The notes under the pieces: generated by a model
Told to the model about the DNA's origin: nothing
Database searches by the model: none
Seen by the model: only the letters and a program-made list of their open reading frames with translations
Made by a program: the position numbers and the translations under genes
DNA from: Lingula anatina
Taxonomy: Eukaryota; Animalia; Brachiopoda
Length of the DNA stretch: 64,000 nucleotides
Assembly (NCBI GenBank): GCA_051362555.1
Contig: CM120642.1
Coordinates: 11,594,001-11,658,000, forward strand
Direction of reading: 5' to 3'
Shown here: one piece after another, positions 49,725 through 62,380 of the stretch
Layout of the letters: each line of letters opens with the position of its first letter
How positions within the stretch are numbered: position 1 is the stretch's first letter

Positions 49725-50967
49725 CTTGACTGTGGAGGTTGCTACCTTTAATGCAGTAGAGTAATGACAGCGTCTGTCCCTTTCCCCTTTTATAGGCCCC
49801 AGCACCCTGGTGTTCAGTGCGTGATGTTAAACATTTTCCAGGGTGTTCAAACTAAAAGCTTTGTATGTCGAGCGCAGCTCATTGTTAGTAAATTTGAATC
49901 TTTAAATCTTCTCACCAGATGAAGGGTTTTACCTGTATATGGAACAATGTTCGCTTTTCATAGTGAAGATGGGACCCTATGTAAGACCCATTGTAAAAAT
50001 TTGCGATAAGAAGATAACATTGGCATTTCATATGCAAGTTGATTTTGAGCCGATTTGAAAATGGCTTAAAATCTAGTTAATTTTCAAAGGCATGTGGCCA
50101 AAATTTTTGTATCAAAATAAATAAGCCTAGCCTTTTATTATTATTTAAGAATTAAAAAGGAATGTAAAGCTCAAAATGAATTTTGTAAAGAATATTGCAA
50201 AACTTTATAAAAGCGCTCTTCCAATTTATCAAGCACAAATATAATTCCGACAAAACGAATATTCTTTTAGAAAATAGAATGTTATGAAAACACACACTTT
50301 TTGGACTACTGATGAAATAAAGAATGAAGATCAGATTGTGTTTTAAGTTTGTTATTATGTTTTTTTTCACAAAAATGTTGATTAAAACGACCCAATTACT
50401 ATTGTAACATGAAACGCGTTTTTGACAGCTTTTAACAATGTAGAATTGGGGGGGTGATTAATGGTACAATTAATAACACCTTGTTAGCGTTCGTTATCAT
50501 CTTATCATTTCATTTCAACGCCCATCTCACGTGTTCGGTCTTGACACGGGATAATATACACTGTTTAAAACATACACTAAATGGCGTGATGAGAAAGAAG
50601 ATGTCCAAAAGTATACGTGTAATTAGCACTTTGAAGTGGCGACGCCCATTTCAATTAGCATTTCATTCATAATTGTCTTAGGCAATGGTCCATTCTTTAT
50701 CAGAAAATTCACCGACTGACAAGCTAACTTAACAATTTGAGAGCAAACACCGGGTTGTCCAAGAATATATGAGGAGGTCTTACGTGTAACATCAAATAAA
50801 TGCCATTCGCGCTATGTGCAGTTTCTTTTCCCTCTGTATCAAAAATTATGGTACCTTGCATGGTTTGACATGGTTTTAGCAATGCTTCTCAGAGAAAGAT
50901 AAAGAACCTGTTTTTATTCCAATTGTTCCCATTTATCTAATTCGCTCTAGTTGTTTTGCTACATGTA

Positions 50968-51200
50968 TACACAATGGACAATAGAAGTGTCGCCCCCTCT
51001 GAATCAGAGTAATCAAATAATAATCAAGTAATCAATAATCAACGTAGGCAGATCTTGAGTAGTTATAATGCCTGATCCACATTTTTTTGTGAAATTTGAT
51101 GTAAATAAAATGATACCAGGAGCATATCATTCCACAGTCATTTATCTCCCCCAAAGTATTGGTTCAGTAGGGGTGACACTTCTATTGTCCATTGTGTGTA
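50968..51200. mobile_element. MITE of about 230 bp with TIRs of about 30 bp
   Basis: CACAATGGACAATAGAAGTGTCGCCCC ... GGGGTGACACTTCTATTGTCCATTGTG, in TA-containing flanks. Confidence 0.75.
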
Positions 51201-51832
51201 TACTAGTTTATTAATGTCGTAGTTAGGAAATTTACTTAAAGAGGTCGAAGAAGTACTGTTTAATAAAATCGAAATTACTCCTGAGACACAGGTTGTATAG
51301 GCTTATAATGCAAAGTGTATATAAACAAGAATTCGCTGTTAGTTAATGATGAAAAATTCTTTGCATTAATCTGTAATATAAACTGAGAGCAAAGATATTG
51401 GTCAAGTTTTGGAGAAATTTATTGTCCAAAATCAGAAACTTAGTTGAAATCGTGTTTTTTTTTTTTTTTTTTGGCAATTCTTTTTCCTTTGTCTATGTGT
51501 GATTTGCGAAAAACAAAAATTATCCAGTCTATTATTACAACACTGTTCATACATTACTCACAACATCAGGTTTCTGATTAATAACCACAAACTAAATGAT
51601 AAATAATTGATCACAGTAAATAAAGTTAAACGTAAAATTGTCGTGTTACATGTATATATGGCATTAATTTAATTTCATGGGAAATTAAATAGATTTAAAG
51701 ATATAAATTACTTACAAGAGTAATGTTGTAGTCATGCCACACTGCATACTGATCGTTTGTTTCAAAAATGCTTAACGCGCTCATGGAATGTCGATGAAGA
51801 TAAAACAAAAGTTATGAATATGATTGAGGACT

Positions 51833-51858
51833 ATCACGCACTGAAGATACTATAAAAA
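51833..51858 (+). promoter_or_regulatory. Core promoter of Gly-rich copy 3: ATCACGCACTGAA plus TATAAAAA
   Basis: ATCACGCACTGAAGATACTATAAAAA, with an Inr-like TCATTC about 30 nt downstream of the TATA. Confidence 0.65.
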
Positions 51859-51932
51859 AGAAAGACGCAGATGCTGTCATCATTCGACTTAATTGCCGTT
51901 GCGCAGTAACTAAGCTAACCCCCACAGTCAAG

Positions 51933-52526
51933 ATGATGAAGTGCATCGCTCTCCTCCTGGCCCTCGCCGCCGTCGCCTATGCCGCCCCAGGCCTGAAGGG
52001 ATATCCAGTTGGCTACGGCAGTGGTATCGGTCGCATTGGTGGCTTCGGCATCGGCAAAGGTTTCGGCTTCGGCGGTCTCGGCTACGGAGGCATCGGCGGT
52101 TTCGGCAAGGGCTTTGGCTACGGAGGTATCGGAGGCTTTGGCAAGGGCATCGGATACGGTGGTATTGGTGGCTTCGGCAAGGGCTTTGGCTTCGGTGGCT
52201 TTGGCCGTCTTGGTGGTCTCGGAGGTTACGGTGGACTTGGTTACGGCAAGGTAAGCAGTTTATTTCATTCTTAGGTCATGGACATAAAATACAAAAAGAT
52301 TTAGTTTTGAGTTAATAATTTGCTTTATTGTAAGAAAACAATTTATTCAAAAGATTGGCTATTTTATCTCAGTTTCTCAGCATTGCGGTATTTACTGTGC
52401 TTTCGAAGTATAAATATGAAGAAAAAGACATTTCATAGATTAAAAGTTGTGAATATATTTAACTCAACAAATTGTTTCGTCGTTTTTCAGGGAATTGGCT
52501 TCGGCAAATTTGGTCTCCTTGGTTAA
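51933..52526 (+). CDS. Secreted glycine-rich structural protein, copy 3 (exons 51933-52250, 52491-52526)
   Basis: Same N-terminus as copy 1; AAG|gtaagc donor, tttcag| acceptor, terminal GIGFGKFGLLG*. Confidence 0.9.
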
Positions 52527-53423
52527 ATCTGTTAAATTTGCGGCCGAGTGAGGACCAATCGGTAAGTAGGCTATGATGTTGCCTTATTTTTTTATTTCCT
52601 GTGGCGTAGTCAGGCAAGTCTATTTTTTATACCTGACTTTCTGCTGCAACCTAGTGCAGGTTCTACATGCATTAAATTCGGGCCTTGTATTTGATGAATG
52701 TACGCACGTTTGTGAAATACAGTATTATTCAAATGTGTTTTCTTTGGTTCATTGGAGAGAGATGGAGGGGGGGGGGTCTGATAATGCCCGTCACTGAAAA
52801 TAAAAATTATATATCATAGTAAAGTTCTGTTAAAATGATATAGGGATCTTCGTACACTATTCATTTTAAAAGTCACACTAAATTGTATTATTTCTTATAT
52901 GTTTGAAGAAAATCATATTGTCGTTCTAGGACTATCAATAAATATGCCTTGTATTACCAAACTGTTTACAACGCTATTTTTTTTTTCAGTCCGGACTCTT
53001 GACGAACACCCTTTTGTGAGTCCCACTGGAGTTGCATACAACATTTCTAATAACACATAATATACCATATCATGTTTGGGCCTAAGGACGTCCAGGCTGA
53101 TAAAGAATGACCACGACGTGAATACTGACACACAGCAGTTGCATTGAATACGTCAAGACTAAGATTTCACTGCCGTCTTGACTTGACTGAGATGTACGCG
53201 AATTGATGCATACGAACTTACTGTTAAACATACACATTGTTATTGATTTTATTTCATTGAATTTTTGTATGAATACAATTCTTGTCCAATTTTCAAATGT
53301 GAATTTTTTCTGTTACGAATTTGTGTTGAGACAGGAATAAAAAACCCTTTTTGAAAATATACTTCCAAGTCTTACCGTTTGCTTTCATAGTGTTTTCAGT
53401 TTATTTTTTATTCATGACTGAGT

Positions 53424-53457
<34 letters not shown>

Positions 53458-56074
53458 TATTTCTTCTTTTTCTTCTTATTATTATAAATGAACGACGCCT
53501 AAAATGGGAGGGAATAGATTAATAGAAATACGTGTTGAAAGCTTTCTATATAACCAGCACTGTTACGATGTTCCTTTTTTTTGTTCATACCGTATCTGAG
53601 AGCAAATCATTGGTGCATATTCCTCCGAGAAATGTTACTGGTTTTTATTGCCTTTACGAAACTTCCCATGTCTAATATGGGCTTCATCTTTTCGAAACGT
53701 TATTCAAGTATCCATCTACTTCTATAAAAAAAATCTAAACACGTATTCTGTGAAATATGGTGCGTGAACATTCTCCATTAAGCTACGGGTAGTTGACCTC
53801 TGTATCTGTAGTAAGTGCATTATTGGTCAAAACCAAAGAAATTAAGAGAGGCGTTGATCGTAAAGATGCTCTTTAACTAGGGGTGAACAGAACTTCGGTT
53901 TGTTCGCTGGGCCAGGTCAAGCTTTTGCAAGTACATTATAAGTATATTATACAAGCCACGCCCTTATGCCCCGGGAACGCATTTGCATAAAAGCATACTT
54001 ACTTTAAATCATATATTGTAAAAATGTACGAGTGTTTTTGACAGCTAAGCATAAATATTTGCTCAAAAGTAAAATAAAACTATTTATCATATTGCTTTAT
54101 TTACCCGGATTCAATAATGATGCATTGCAGTTATGAATAACCATACAATAAATAAAGAGTATTTTAAAGGCAAAATGCTTAAGAATTATCAACCGAAGGC
54201 TAGACAAAAACATGTGCTGACAGTATCTGCTAAGATTATTGAAGAAATCTAATATCTCTTACAGAGTGTTTTCAACTGTAAACCTCAACGCCACGATCTC
54301 CAACAGTCACTAACGAGTATGCAGAACCCCAAGGAAATGTCAATTTGAAAGGAAATAAAGAAGAATTAACTTATTTACTTTTTCAATGTTGTTATGGATA
54401 TTATATTCTTATATTTTTTCAAAGTCTGTTGTACGACTGAGGGGTTCTCGTAACATACAATTCAGGAATATTGTTTAACAGTGTATCTATGTACATATTC
54501 CCACTCCCTGTAAGGGCCTTCCTAAATTCTTTACATTTCATCACTGTCGAGAGATAGGAAGGGATGTACTTAAGTAGGACTTTAAAAAGGACGATTAAAG
54601 GGAAAATATTTTAGTCTGTAGACCAGACAAAATGTATGCTACTGCTTTCTCGGTGTCTCGCCATGTAGTCATAGTAATTGATATAGAAGTGGGTGGATTT
54701 AAAACAAAGAGATCACTAAGGAGTAATTAACGTTTGGATGTGGCGACTTTCTTTCCATAAAGTTCTTCACCCATGTCTACAAAGATAGACTTCGATGGCC
54801 CAACCTGAAACAGAAAGGGACCCACTCTCATCAGTTTTTTGATTGTAGGTTTAAGAGATTGGAAGAGGAATTCCCACGCTGTAAAAAGACATTTGAAACT
54901 TTAAAATTCACGTACACCTTTTTTATCATGGGTGTTTTAATGAAGAAATGGCACATTGCTGTGTAAACTGCTGAAAAACTGTTAGAATGTGTATCAGTCG
55001 GACTGTACCATTGAAAAAGTTGACCCCTTTAGAAAAATAAATGGTCGAATGCCCACAAATATTTTTTTGGGGTTTTATCTTCATTTGAAAACGGTTTCCC
55101 TCTTTTTTTTTTCGTTTCAAAGTATTCACTTAGTTTACCTTTCAAATTCATATGCGGGCTTGTTGGATGAAAATATGTTGGATGACAATATTGATGTGAA
55201 CTTTGGCATATTCAATTACGAGCGACAAAAAAGAATTAGACAGATGAAACAATAGTGACTTCAAATACACTTTGTCACTACATGTAACACAAAGCCACCG
55301 CTTTCTCTATCAGACTCTAGATTCCGGCAACCTAAGATCCCTATTCAAAGGTCAACTGGTCTTTTCAGTAATTTGGTCTGGAATCACCGTGATTTGCTGA
55401 CCTGCTACCATAAATCGTAGTATAGTTAAATAGATAAATTGCACATGTTAATATACTATTAACTACAGTCACCCTGGGAAGGGCACATACTAAAAACTTT
55501 GGCGTGCGAATTAGTGATGGTTATCAGCCCTTTTCTAGAAAATATCAGTCGCCATGAAGCTCGTCCATTACCATGATTACAATACGGACTTGTTAAATAA
55601 ATTACACGCGACAGTCCACCTCATAAGTTCATATGATAAATCTCACATGTCACGCGACACGTAGAGACTGTGCCAGCATAGGAACAACGTCTTCTCAGAT
55701 AATTCAGGACTATTTATACATTTATAAACAATAAGACACGGCCCTTTTATCTGTGGATCATAAAATCCATAACGCCCATTGTAAGTTAATAAATACATCG
55801 CCATTCACAGACACCGTGTCGCTCACAGAGATCTGTTTGCATGCAGCAGGGAGCAGCAGGGATCTTTTGTAATAAAATAAGGAAGGGTCCAAAACGTCGT
55901 TAAATCATATTTAAATCTATTCACTTATCAATTATAATTTGTTGTTATACAACAATTTAGCTATTAGACTGTACACGCACAGTGCAGACTATAAAATGAC
56001 CAGCGGAGAACATTCCTGTCACATTTAGCTTCAAGGTGCTCACACTGCTCAGCTAACCAAACTCTATATCCAAG

Positions 56075-56618
56075 ATGATGAAGTGCATCGTTCTCCTCAT
56101 GTCTCTCGTCGCCGTTTCATACGCCGCACCCTTCGGCGGTATCGGTGGCTTCGGAGGCTACGGCGGCATTGGAGGCTTCGGAGGAATCGGCGGCTACGGC
56201 GGTCTGGGCGGCTTTGGCGGTCTCGGAGGCGTTGGTTATGGTGGTATTGGAGGCTTCGGCGGCTACGGCGGTCTGGGAGGCTTTGGCGGAATCGGAGGTT
56301 TTGGAGGCTTTGGCAAAGGATTTGGTGGCTTTGGAGGCTTTGGCAAAGGATTTGGTGGCATTGGATTTGGTGGCAAGGTATGTGTCAAAGTGTGATTTTA
56401 ATGTAATATCCTCATTTAGATATACATTTAGATTGATAAGGTACGTTGTAAATTTGGTCCTTATTCTTACTTACATAATTTACATAATTTCTTAGAAATA
56501 ATGACATTGTGTACTTACTGAAATCAATGATAAAATAGACTAAAACAAACATTTTAGTGTTGAATATTGTCCTTTCCTCTAATATATTTAAATCACCTTT
56601 CAGGGATTCATTGGTTAA
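56075..56618 (+). CDS. Secreted glycine-rich structural protein, divergent copy 4 (exons 56075-56377, 56604-56618)
   Basis: MMKCIVLLMSLVAVSYA signal, (GGX)n with X = F/Y/I/L, AAG|gtatgt donor, tttcag|GGA TTC ATT GGT TAA (GFIG*), TATAAAA at 55990. Confidence 0.88.
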
Positions 56619-57853
56619 GCAAAGAGCGGAATTACAGACACAGAAAACAGCATCAAATGGCAGCAACGAAACCAGCGATATTTCACATCACAACTTTGTA
56701 GATGTATGGCTTGGATTAGATAACCTGATTAAAATCATTGGGTGCCACGGGTCCAAATCACACCTTTCATAAACTATCCAGAAAGGGAATATTGCCCTGA
56801 ACAATGTATGCACTAGGACCTTTAAGATTAGTGCATTTTCGTTCGTGCCAGTACACATCCAGGGATGAAACTGTACACTTCGCACGCTTTGATTGAAGTG
56901 GTTTCATGTGCCAATTTAGACTACAGTTATTCTTTTTTACATAGATATCTGTCTTCAGTAAGAAGATAATTGGTAAACACATGAAGACAAAAATAAATTA
57001 TTTTGAAATATAAGTTCTGTTCACTGTTGTATTATTGTCATAAAGAGAAATGCTCAGTATCGGCGAAGAATCACTAAAATGACAAGGATGGAATACTGAA
57101 TCACCAATACTCAGTCATATTCATACACACTCAAGCACAGGCACTAGGATTGGACACAAACACGAGTGCACGCGCGAGCGCGCGCACACACACACACACA
57201 CACACACGAACTGAGGAAGACAGCCACTGAGCTGTTGAAAGTTTCATACGTAGTGATGAAATTATCTAGCTCATAACACTGTATGTAATTATAGTACTCC
57301 AAAATTGTTTAGCACCTTTACATATATGTAAACATTGAAAAAATATCAGAAAAAAAAAAAGATTTCTACACGAAAAAAAAATAATAATAAACAGGATGCC
57401 TCACGCTCTTTTCTTTTTTTTTTATATAAATTCAACCAATCACAAAAATGAAGTTCAAGAGAGAGCTTGTTTGCCTTTAATTCACCTTAGTAATTAAATT
57501 GATATCAACGTAAAAAAAGTACGAACAACAAAGAAAAAAACACGAAATGTTGATAGCAGCCTCTTTAGTTAAAAGGAACGTTGAGTTCTGTGTATTCGTG
57601 CAGAGGTTGACTACAATTTCTTCATCAGAACGGCTTTGGTTCTTTTTCAAATGTTTTTCCCCCGTGTTCAGTGTGGTCACTACTTTCTCATTCGTCCACA
57701 CATAAAAGATATCCATTTTTCCATATTGTCATTGGCCCCATTCAGAATAGGGGACTAACTAGTCCGAGGGTCAATTATGGCCGACCCACTTGAATATTAA
57801 AGTCGCAGAATCAATGGCGATAATCACAATCGCGACAGTCGTTACTTCCTGGC

Positions 57854-59821
57854 CTACTTTTTGCCGTGGATTATCGGAAGGATAACACTGAGCTTTTTGC
57901 TTAGTTCGTTTCTAGCACACTGCGTAAGGGTGCGCCCAAGCTGGATCAGGTCTCTCGGACTAAAACAAAAAGAAAAGGAAGTATACCTTTGTAATCTTTT
58001 TTCGTTCGTCTATTTTGATTTTGTTTTAAGGGGATCGGATGATGGAGAGAGAAAGAGAGAGGGATGAAAGAAAGGTTATATTATGTAAAGTCAAAATTTT
58101 AAATAGACTTGAAGTTAAGTGCTAACAGGACTAATACTCAAATTTTGCACTAGAGAATTCGATTAAGAATATGCCATGTGTAGATGATGTTGAAGCCTTG
58201 GACCCATCACATATCAATATACATAACTTATCGCGTTATATATCTACCGAAGACTTACTGATAAACGCGTTTTAGCGTATCCATGTTGTTCTTTATGGCG
58301 GTGCAGAACCCCCTGTTTGCGTTACACTCAGCCAGCATTTTCTCCCCGTACTGCTCTAGGGCATAACACTGGTTGGAGTCAGCGCGGTATTTACTGAGGA
58401 ATTTACCCATAAGACACTTGGTTGACTCGTCCGCAAACTGCTTGCCCTGTATAGATGAAAATAACAATGACTGGATCATGGAGTGTAGAACATGTCAGCA
58501 GCTTTTTGTCGTCTACCAAATTATTTGCATGAGGCTTTATAGAACTGTTATTTATTATTCTATTTATTTATTCAATTGTTCATTCATTTTGTAAAGACTC
58601 AAGCTGATACCTTTGTATGTCATATTTTCAGAATTCTCACAAAGACACCTTCTGCATTAAAATTATTCATAATTACATACAATCTAGGTCTACTCGCTCA
58701 CGCACTCGTGCGTTACATACACGAGCAAGTTATTAACTGAAGTCATACACATACTAATACGGAAGGGTATTGCTGTCGTATTAATCTTATTGTGGGATTT
58801 AGAGATAGTATCTCTTTGGAGTTTCGATTAAGTCAAAAAACAAAACAAAAAGGCAGCATTGCGCTTCTGAATGTTCTGAAATTTAAGGATACTGACCCGA
58901 AATTTCGAGTTACTGACCCAAAATTCGAGTTACTTATTCGAAAACTCAAATAGAATTAAAACAAAATGACAACAAAGTGCTCCTGTAAACACACGAACAT
59001 ATGTTTGGAAAATTTTCTGTTACAATTATTGTCTGAAACTCTGTTGGTAATTAGAAAGAAAAATGGAGCACTGATCCGTTCTTGCCTACCTCATCATCAA
59101 AGCTGTCGTAGTACTGCTTCAACCTCTGGCACAACCTTTTGCCGTACTCTTCTGAGAAGTTGTGATCGCTGGAGCAGCGCCATCTAGCGTGGAAGCAATT
59201 CCAGAATTCACAGTCTCCATCACGAGCATTCTGTTCGCACATGGGGTTCACATCTGGAGAAGAAATAACAGAAATAAGTCTGATTCTCTGCCTCCACAGC
59301 TGTTTTTTATATTGTGCAAAGCATCTGACCAACAATAAATATCTGGCACTACGACGTGCAATTAATGAATGAAAGGCAGAGGCCACATTTTCAAACACTA
59401 TGCAAAAATGAATAAATAGTGATGTCAAAAAATCATGACAAAAAATCAGATAAATGCAATATTTCTATGTACTTGTGAATAGTGGCTGAAGGTGCTGTCT
59501 TCGAACAAGTTTGACCAGCGGATAACTTTGTTAAGAAAAGAGTGTCCAGAAAAAAAATTAGGCTCTTTTGTGATACACATGTATTATATTTGGGAGAGAC
59601 AAAAGCATGAATGAGACATCTCTAGCTTAGACGATTCAGGTCCTTCGAACTAAACATATGTATGTATGGTAGGGCATTGCACTCCCAAATTCTAGCCCCA
59701 CGATAGATTTTAGCGACTTACCTTCCGATGGATATATAGTTGGGCTGGATCCGAACAAAAAGTGGCCGTTTACTTGATCACAGACAATCAGACACAGTGA
59801 GAGAATACAAAGAACCTTCAT
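57854..59821 (-). CDS. Secreted stanniocalcin-like protein 1 (exons 59722-59821, 59090-59253, 58259-58446, 57854-57959)
   Basis: Spliced: MKVLCILSLCLIVCDQVNG...DVNPMCEQNARDGDCEFWNCFHARWRCSSDHNFSEEYGKRLCQRLKQYYDSFDDEGKQFADESTKCLMGKF...QCYALEQYGEKMLAECNANRGFCTAIKNNMDTLKRVYHPRDLIQLGRTLTQCARNELSKKLSVILPIIHGKK*. It has 10 mature Cys and the patterns CxFxxC, GKxF and ECx5FC recalled from the stanniocalcin family. Confidence 0.8.
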
Positions 59822-61310
59822 CGTGTGCTGCTTTCCACTGGATCTGGACTTTGGTATGTGTACAGTATTCTGTAAGACTGAGGCCAGTTCTCAATATTGA
59901 CGTCTTAAAATAACATCCGTAACATAGATGTTCCACTTTTCAGGCTCATGACCCCATTTCTGGATTTTGTTGCTTTTCCCGGCTTTTCCTGTTTCATATA
60001 GCACTGTTCAGTGGCTTTTAGTACATTTAAGCAAGAAGTTGTAGAGTAGAACTTCAGCTTCTTGATTTAAGACATTCGGGCTCAGTCATAAATATTTGCA
60101 TTGTACACTGTACTACTGCTACTTTGTTGTGGAAGTCGTTAATGAACAAATGTTACAAAAATGTGTTACAGCTGATCGATGTTATTATATCATTATGCTT
60201 CATTAGAGGCAATGTCCGGGGGAAATGAATTTAAATAATGATATTTTATTTATCATATCTAGATATTGTCTGGTTATTTAACTCATAAAATGCAAAAAAA
60301 AAAAAAAAAAAAAAAAAAAAACGAATCTGTGTGGTTTACAAAAATTATCTCTATTGTGTTATTTTAGGAGAAGCATGATATTAATCTAAAATTTAATATT
60401 AATTTCAATTTAATTTTACGCCCTTAGTTGCCCCCCCCCCCAAAAAAAAAAAAAGTATAATTATGGGCTTCCTTGGGCATATTGTCAGTAGTTCATTGTT
60501 CACATGACAGGATGCAATCTTGATTTCCTTGAGTGAGACTGCTGCGGCTGGTCCCATCTAACGCATTGTCTTGGCAAGCGAGTTACACTGGCATCGGTAT
60601 ACATGTATTTAAATAATAAAGCAAAATGCTTAAAAAAGGATAAAAATTCTATTTATTTACACAAATAACACTATGTATAGTTTATGACAAAACATCAAGA
60701 AGAAATATGATTGTCTACTTCATCGATATTTATGATATTTTTATTCAATTTTATTCCTAACACTGGCATTAATCAAGTGCGTTTTCTAAAGTATAGATGA
60801 AATGTCCCCATTCTTAGTCGTCTGTATAGATAAAAGTGTCCTCTGAATAAATTGGACACTGGTGTATTCAGCAGTATCTCACTGAAAATATTTGTGTGCA
60901 AGTTTGGGGTGTGGTTCATTTAGGCATTTTGGAAAGTAAATAATGCTGTACAATAAACACTAACAGAGGGGTTCAAATATATAACACTGGCAGCCAGTAT
61001 AGCTGCAGTTTGTCGATCTCTCACGCTACGAAACGTAGAACACGTTAAAGGGAAAATATTTGCCAGATGTTCTCAGTACAAGGTTCTCTTCTCAACACTG
61101 CTACAACACAGCTATCTTGCATATGTGTTGTCGGGGTCAACACGTGGAAGAGAATTCGATTAAAATTGGTAAATTCATGTTGTCTCACACTAGGTAAGTC
61201 ATTCTATCAAGTCCATCGTTCTCATAAAGAACCGGTTTTATTTGCTCTTTCCAACGTTCTTTTTTAGTGAAAGAATCCTTTCGGGTGTGTTGCATCTTGG
61301 CACGTTACCC

Positions 61311-62094
61311 TCATCTTGCGGTCATCCAGTGGAAGAAGCTGTTCAGCTGCTGGAGGTTGCACGTTTGGAGAGCTTCTGATACCTCGCCCTGAGCGTCCAT
61401 AACTGTCTTGATGCTACAAAGAAATCATTGGAATTTGACTTAAGTTTGTAGACAGTGTATTAAATAACTCGTTGCCAGGTAAAATGATGATGATAAAGAA
61501 GAGCAATGCAATGCTATTTTTAGTCGGGTGAGGCGTATTTTGCGTCTACATGATAATTTTTCATTTGAATCCCATTGGTGTCACAGTGAAATGAAAAATC
61601 ATGTCTCTTTAAAAAATCAACTGATCTCTGTTAACTACGCATATACGGAAAAACTATGTTCACTTCTGCCGATTTTTTTGCTTTACATGTTTACTAAACT
61701 GAGTCGAGATACACATAATAAAATTCCTTTACAACATATGGTTTTGATTCAGTAATTTCATTACTTAGCAATTGGCTATTCTAGCTGGGATTTAGAACAT
61801 AACATGACCAAAAGCAGGATGGAATTCCGTTCTTTTTATTTGCGTTTGACGTTATCTCCCGACTTCTCCGGCCTGTGCACGCTGCGTTTCCGCAGATTTT
61901 ATGTAAGTCCAGATATGTCAGATATCGGGTCTGATCTCTTAAATGTAGGTGGTAATGGGATAAATAAGAGGAATAGTGCGTATGACTGCCTCAGTTACTA
62001 AACCAACTGAAACGATCGAAAAAACATCACCTCTTGTTCTCAATGTTTAGACAGCATTTTCCAGGGTTGTCCTGTTCTCAAAAGCAAGGGGTGT

Positions 62095-62125
<31 letters not shown>

Positions 62126-62337
62126 GGGGGGGGGGAGTTAAAGTGTCTGATCAGATAGGATTCCAACAAATGTTGTATTTTCTTTCCTTTTTACACGTAT
62201 TTCGAAACGACCTTCGAAGGGAAATTAAAAACAGAAGCTACCAGCTCAACTTCACAGCCTAACAAGATGCATATTATTTCCCTATGTACAAGATGTTACA
62301 TATTATACAATGTAACTTGGGGTTCCGAATAAATATC

Positions 62338-62380
<43 letters not shown>

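Larger units (their letters stand above)
42937..50757 (+). repeat. Tandem segmental duplication of about 3.9 kb (42937-46876 and 46886-50757)
   Basis: Both units start TTCCTCTGCTTGTTGCTGAAACATT and end GAGCAAACACCGGGTTG. They are collinear throughout, with a 9-nt filler AGGTTGAGG at the junction. Confidence 0.93.

Noticed and set aside
45388-56495. Arg/Trp-rich (MHRSP...RWLRRY) and Ala/Ser/Val-rich ORFs overlapping the Gly-rich genes
   Set aside because: They are shifted-frame readings of GGN codon repeats. Only the MMKCI frame has a signal peptide and phase-compatible splicing.
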